DNA from: a virus
Virus record (IMG/VR): IMGVR_UViG_3300045988_119411
Direction: 5' to 3' (one strand)
DNA length: 64,000 nt
Under the pieces are notes generated by a model that was not told where the DNA came from, made no database searches, and worked only from the letters and a program-made list of their open reading frames with translations. How positions within the stretch are numbered: the first letter of the stretch is position 1; each line of letters opens with the position of its first letter. Shown here piece after piece: positions 60,640 to 64,000 of the stretch. Position numbers and translations under genes: made by a program.

Positions 60640-63471
60640 ATGTTATATCAGCCGACAAATATCTATCCGAGCATGACCGGCAGCCTTGGAAACGGGGTCG
60701 TGGATGCGACGGAACCCCTGACCGTCAGCTTTCAGGTAAACGGTAACTCGGCGCTGCAAGCGTTTCAAATCACGATTTATCGCAACGACTCTGCCTCGAC
60801 ACAGCTTTACACGACGGGAAAACTGACGCAGGGCTGCCCATTTTATGGCGTGGACTATGCGGGAAACATTCAATTTTTCAGCTACACCATCCCGGCTGCG
60901 ACGCTCTCGGCCAACGGGATCACAAACGGCGGAGAATACAAGCTCATCATCAAACAGTGGTGGAACAGCTCAGATTCTGTGACGCAGACGAGCGCGAGCG
61001 CGTTTATTACGCGCTCGGGCCCGACGCTGACGCTGGGAACGGTCCCGAATCCGCTGGAAGTGCGGGAATACACGTTTTCGGCCAGCTACGCACAGGCACA
61101 GGGAGACAACCTGAACTGGGTGCGATGGGAGATCGCATTGGTGGACGATGGGGAATACCGCGTGCTGAAGGACACGGGCCGCATTTACGGCACGGCACAG
61201 CTCCAATTCGGATACGACGGCATGTTTTCTGGCAGCACCTATGCCATCCGCTGCATCGTGCAGACGGAAAACGGCGTGGAAGCTGACACGGGATGGCGGA
61301 GCTTCGCGGTGCAGTATGAGATGGAATCGGTGAGCGGAACGCTGACAGCCTGCCAGAGCCGGAGAGCCAATGGCGTTCGGCTGACCTTCCCGCAGGTGAA
61401 GAACATTCCGGCGACGATCACTGGAAACTACACCATGAGCGACAGCTATCTGAATCTTGCCAGTGGAGCAAAGGCTGTCTGGAACGAGGTCAACGACGAG
61501 GCGATGCAGTTTTTGCCGCCGTTTGACATTGTGTGGCGCGGAAAGAACACGGCAGTTGGGACAACGCTGAAGGTTTTTGGAAAAGTTCTCAGCCGGTCGG
61601 CTTCGACGATGCTGCCGAGTGAATCTTGTTGGGACTCCGTTTGCTACGGAAATGGGACGTGGGTCGCCGTTTCGAGCAGCGGGAAGATTGCTTATTCCAC
61701 AGACAACGGGACGACATGGAACACGGCTACGAGCCCGTCCAGCGATGGATGGTTTTCTGTTTGCTATGGCGGGGGACGATTTGTTGCTGTGGCGTGCGCG
61801 AGCAGTGCAGCGGCATATTCCACGGACGGAAAGAACTGGACACTGGCGGCGCTGCCGGCCTTTGGCTATTGGAACAGTGTGGCCTACGGAAATGGACGGT
61901 TCGTGGCGATCGCCACAGGGACGCAGAGCGCGTGGTCGGAAGACGGCGAGACATGGACGGCGGTGGAGATGCCAGCGGAACTCGGATGGTATTCTGTTTG
62001 CTTCGGTGCCGGGAGATTTATTGCAGTTGCCAACAGCAGCGCAAGCTTTGCATCTTCCACGGATGGAACGGACTGGGTGCTCGGAGATCTGCCGGAGATG
62101 GGTTGCTGGAACTGCGTGACGTTTGGAACCGGTAAATTCATCGCAGTGCAGACCGGCGCAACTTGCGCATACAGCTCCGATGGACTGAACTGGATCTCCC
62201 GCGCGATGCCGGCAGATCAAGACTGGATCAGCGTAGCCTACGGGGATGGAAAATTCATGGCTGTAGCTTCGGAAAGTGCTGTTTCAGCGGAATCGACAGA
62301 TGGTGCGAGCTGGACCGCGGAGTCGTTGACTGTGGCTGATTTCTGGGAATGCGTCTGTTACGGTGAAGACCGATTCTTCGTTGTGGCAGACAGCGGAGAC
62401 CGGGCCGTCTATGTGACAGGCGAGACCACGGAGCTTGACGATGTGCTGCAAGTGGACATTTCTTCTGCGAAGGTGATGACCATTACGGCGCATGGGTCCA
62501 TTCAGGCGACGCAGGACTTACCGACTGGGGCAGACCTGACGCTTTTCTTCGGAAAGAACACGATGTATTGGAGCGCCGGGTCAAGCGGAAGCACGCCGCT
62601 TTCCATGGAATGGACGCAAATCAATGGATTTGAGTTGAATGGCGTGCAATCCTGTGACTATCTGTTTTTGAGCAATGGGAATCTGACGGATGCGGTCCGG
62701 AACCGGCTGCTGGCGGATATGACCTACCATCCGACGGATCAATCCGCGCTTTTCTTTGCGGACTTCAACGGATCGACCAACGCCGGCGGCATCGGAGACA
62801 CGAAATTCTCTGCCTTTGCCATCTACCGCTATTCTCCGGGAGATGCGACGCTGACGCACGTGGTGAACACGACGGCAGACAGCGGCAATGTCATCATTGA
62901 CAGCGGCGCGGTGGTCGGGAAAGAGTACGTCTACTACGCCTTCGGCATGGGCGCGAGCACGTATGTTTCGGCGGCGCTGATCTCGAACTCGATCACGCTC
63001 TGCTTCTGGGACTGGGCCCTGCTGTCCTGCACGGTGGACAGCGATGGGGTCTACCATCCGCAGGAAATTTTCCTGTTTGGAAAGAACCTTGTGAGCGGCA
63101 GTGTGTCCAACAACAACACGCCGCAGGTGCTGCAGAATTTCACCCGGTATCCGACGGTGCAGCCGGCACCATGGAATTATCGGAGCGGCGCGCTGCAAAG
63201 TTTGATCGGGACGATCTCGGACGGTGTTTATTCCGACACCCGCGCAACACGCGATGCGATCCGTGCGCTCGGAACGACACAGAACACACTTTTCCTCAAA
63301 AACCGGAAGGGCGACCTGATGAAGATCCGGACGAACGGCGCCGTAGAGATGGAGACGATGGACAATGCGGCCTGTCAGGCGCAGACGATGACTCTGCCGT
63401 GGGTGGAGATCGGGAGCGCGGATGACGCGCAGATCGTTGTGATGAACAGCGACGGTGCGTGGCCGTATTAA
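60640..63471 (+). CDS. distal-tail-type protein with embedded 7-blade Asp-box propeller
   Basis: Directly follows the tape measure. Seven ~40-aa repeats of form W.SV.YG.G.FVAV...S.DG..W. Confidence 0.6.
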   Translation: MLYQPTNIYPSMTGSLGNGVVDATEPLTVSFQVNGNSALQAFQITIYRNDSASTQLYTTGKLTQGCPFYGVDYAGNIQFFSYTIPAATLSANGITNGGEYKLIIKQWWNSSDSVTQTSASAFITRSGPTLTLGTVPNPLEVREYTFSASYAQAQGDNLNWVRWEIALVDDGEYRVLKDTGRIYGTAQLQFGYDGMFSGSTYAIRCIVQTENGVEADTGWRSFAVQYEMESVSGTLTACQSRRANGVRLTFPQVKNIPATITGNYTMSDSYLNLASGAKAVWNEVNDEAMQFLPPFDIVWRGKNTAVGTTLKVFGKVLSRSASTMLPSESCWDSVCYGNGTWVAVSSSGKIAYSTDNGTTWNTATSPSSDGWFSVCYGGGRFVAVACASSAAAYSTDGKNWTLAALPAFGYWNSVAYGNGRFVAIATGTQSAWSEDGETWTAVEMPAELGWYSVCFGAGRFIAVANSSASFASSTDGTDWVLGDLPEMGCWNCVTFGTGKFIAVQTGATCAYSSDGLNWISRAMPADQDWISVAYGDGKFMAVASESAVSAESTDGASWTAESLTVADFWECVCYGEDRFFVVADSGDRAVYVTGETTELDDVLQVDISSAKVMTITAHGSIQATQDLPTGADLTLFFGKNTMYWSAGSSGSTPLSMEWTQINGFELNGVQSCDYLFLSNGNLTDAVRNRLLADMTYHPTDQSALFFADFNGSTNAGGIGDTKFSAFAIYRYSPGDATLTHVVNTTADSGNVIIDSGAVVGKEYVYYAFGMGASTYVSAALISNSITLCFWDWALLSCTVDSDGVYHPQEIFLFGKNLVSGSVSNNNTPQVLQNFTRYPTVQPAPWNYRSGALQSLIGTISDGVYSDTRATRDAIRALGTTQNTLFLKNRKGDLMKIRTNGAVEMETMDNAACQAQTMTLPWVEIGSADDAQIVVMNSDGAWPY

Positions 63472-63484
63472 AGGAGGTTCGGAT

Positions 63485-64000
63485 ATGTCACTTTTGACGC
63501 ATGCGGAGCAGATGAACGATTACCTACGGCAGCTGCGAACGCCGTTTACAAAGCTGTGCCGGCTGCGCTTTTTGCAGCCGGACGGCTCGACGGCCTTCGC
63601 GCTCGACAACAACCCCGGAAACCGGAGAAGCGGCGCCTTTTTGCAGGATGGCACGATCTCAGGAAATTTGCAGAATGGGCAGCGGCGAACGGCAAACGTG
63701 ATGCTGGCGAATCTGGATTCGGAGTACGACTACAACGTCAACAACGTGTGGTTTGGACAGCAGATCGCCATTGACGAGGGCTTGATTTTGTCTGACGGCT
63801 CTGACTTTTACATCCCGCAGGGCGTTTTTTACATCGCGGAGCCGCAGGAAACACTCTATCCAAACGCTCGGACGATGGAATATCCGTTGGTAGACAAGTG
63901 GTCCTATCTGGATGGCTCACTGTTTGGCCGGTTGGAGTCCACCTACGAAGTGCCGGTGAACACGAATATTTTTACGCCAATTACGGCGCTGCTGGCGCTC
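63485..64000 (+). CDS. tail-associated (Tal / tail endopeptidase-type) protein, partial
   Basis: AAAGGAGGTTCGGAT RBS. The frame stays open to the window end, so it is absent from the ORF track. Starts MSLLTHAEQMNDYLRQLRTPF. Confidence 0.5.
   Translation, partial: MSLLTHAEQMNDYLRQLRTPFTKLCRLRFLQPDGSTAFALDNNPGNRRSGAFLQDGTISGNLQNGQRRTANVMLANLDSEYDYNVNNVWFGQQIAIDEGLILSDGSDFYIPQGVFYIAEPQETLYPNARTMEYPLVDKWSYLDGSLFGRLESTYEVPVNTNIFTPITALLAL

Noticed and set aside
58630-62220. Minus-strand ORFs 58630..59718 (362 aa) and 60970..62220 (416 aa)
   Set aside because: They are antisense to the tape measure and the propeller protein, are Arg/Pro-rich, and have no translation signals.

Overview
The whole window is temperate-phage DNA of a Gram-positive type: AGGAGG ribosome-binding sites, canonical sigmaA promoters, and Firmicutes phage gene families. 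No cellular housekeeping genes are visible. All product calls rest on remembered family motifs, gene order and sequence inspection only; no BLAST/HMM search or folding program was run.

Layout:
- 1-7417: a leftward arm of about 19 small, mostly ORFan genes. Eight copies of a non-canonical bipartite promoter-like motif split it into transcription units.
- 7418-7646: a divergent switch region.
- 7647-20806: a rightward operon. It carries a sigma-70-like protein, a ~1.1 kb non-coding origin-like region, a half-size beta-clamp homologue, many small Cys-rich proteins, a MazG-like protein, a SleB-like hydrolase, SSB, a replisome organizer and a DnaC-like loader.
- 20819-21082: an attP-like site, with a tRNA 3' fragment bracketed by 12-mer repeats.
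- 21055-24423: integrase plus a low-GC lysogeny module with a membrane-anchored HTH protein, a cI-like repressor and a cro-like protein.
- 24420-32758: Rha, YqaJ exonuclease, RecT, an SSB-like protein, a DUF1064-like protein, dUTPase and small genes.
- 32767-64000: the late operon. It opens with a strong promoter and a leader terminator, then terminase, portal, scaffold/protease, capsid, an unusual fibre module, major tail protein, a 1727-aa tape measure, a 943-aa tail protein with a 7-blade Asp-box propeller, and a partial Tal-like gene.

Most interesting signals:
- the 8-copy promoter-like motif, possibly paired with the element-encoded sigma-like factor
- the repeat-rich, strand-skewed non-coding region next to the mini-clamp
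- the intact attP-like architecture
- a palindrome-dense 550-bp spacer with a convergent promoter next to the repressor gene
- the late-promoter/leader-terminator pair
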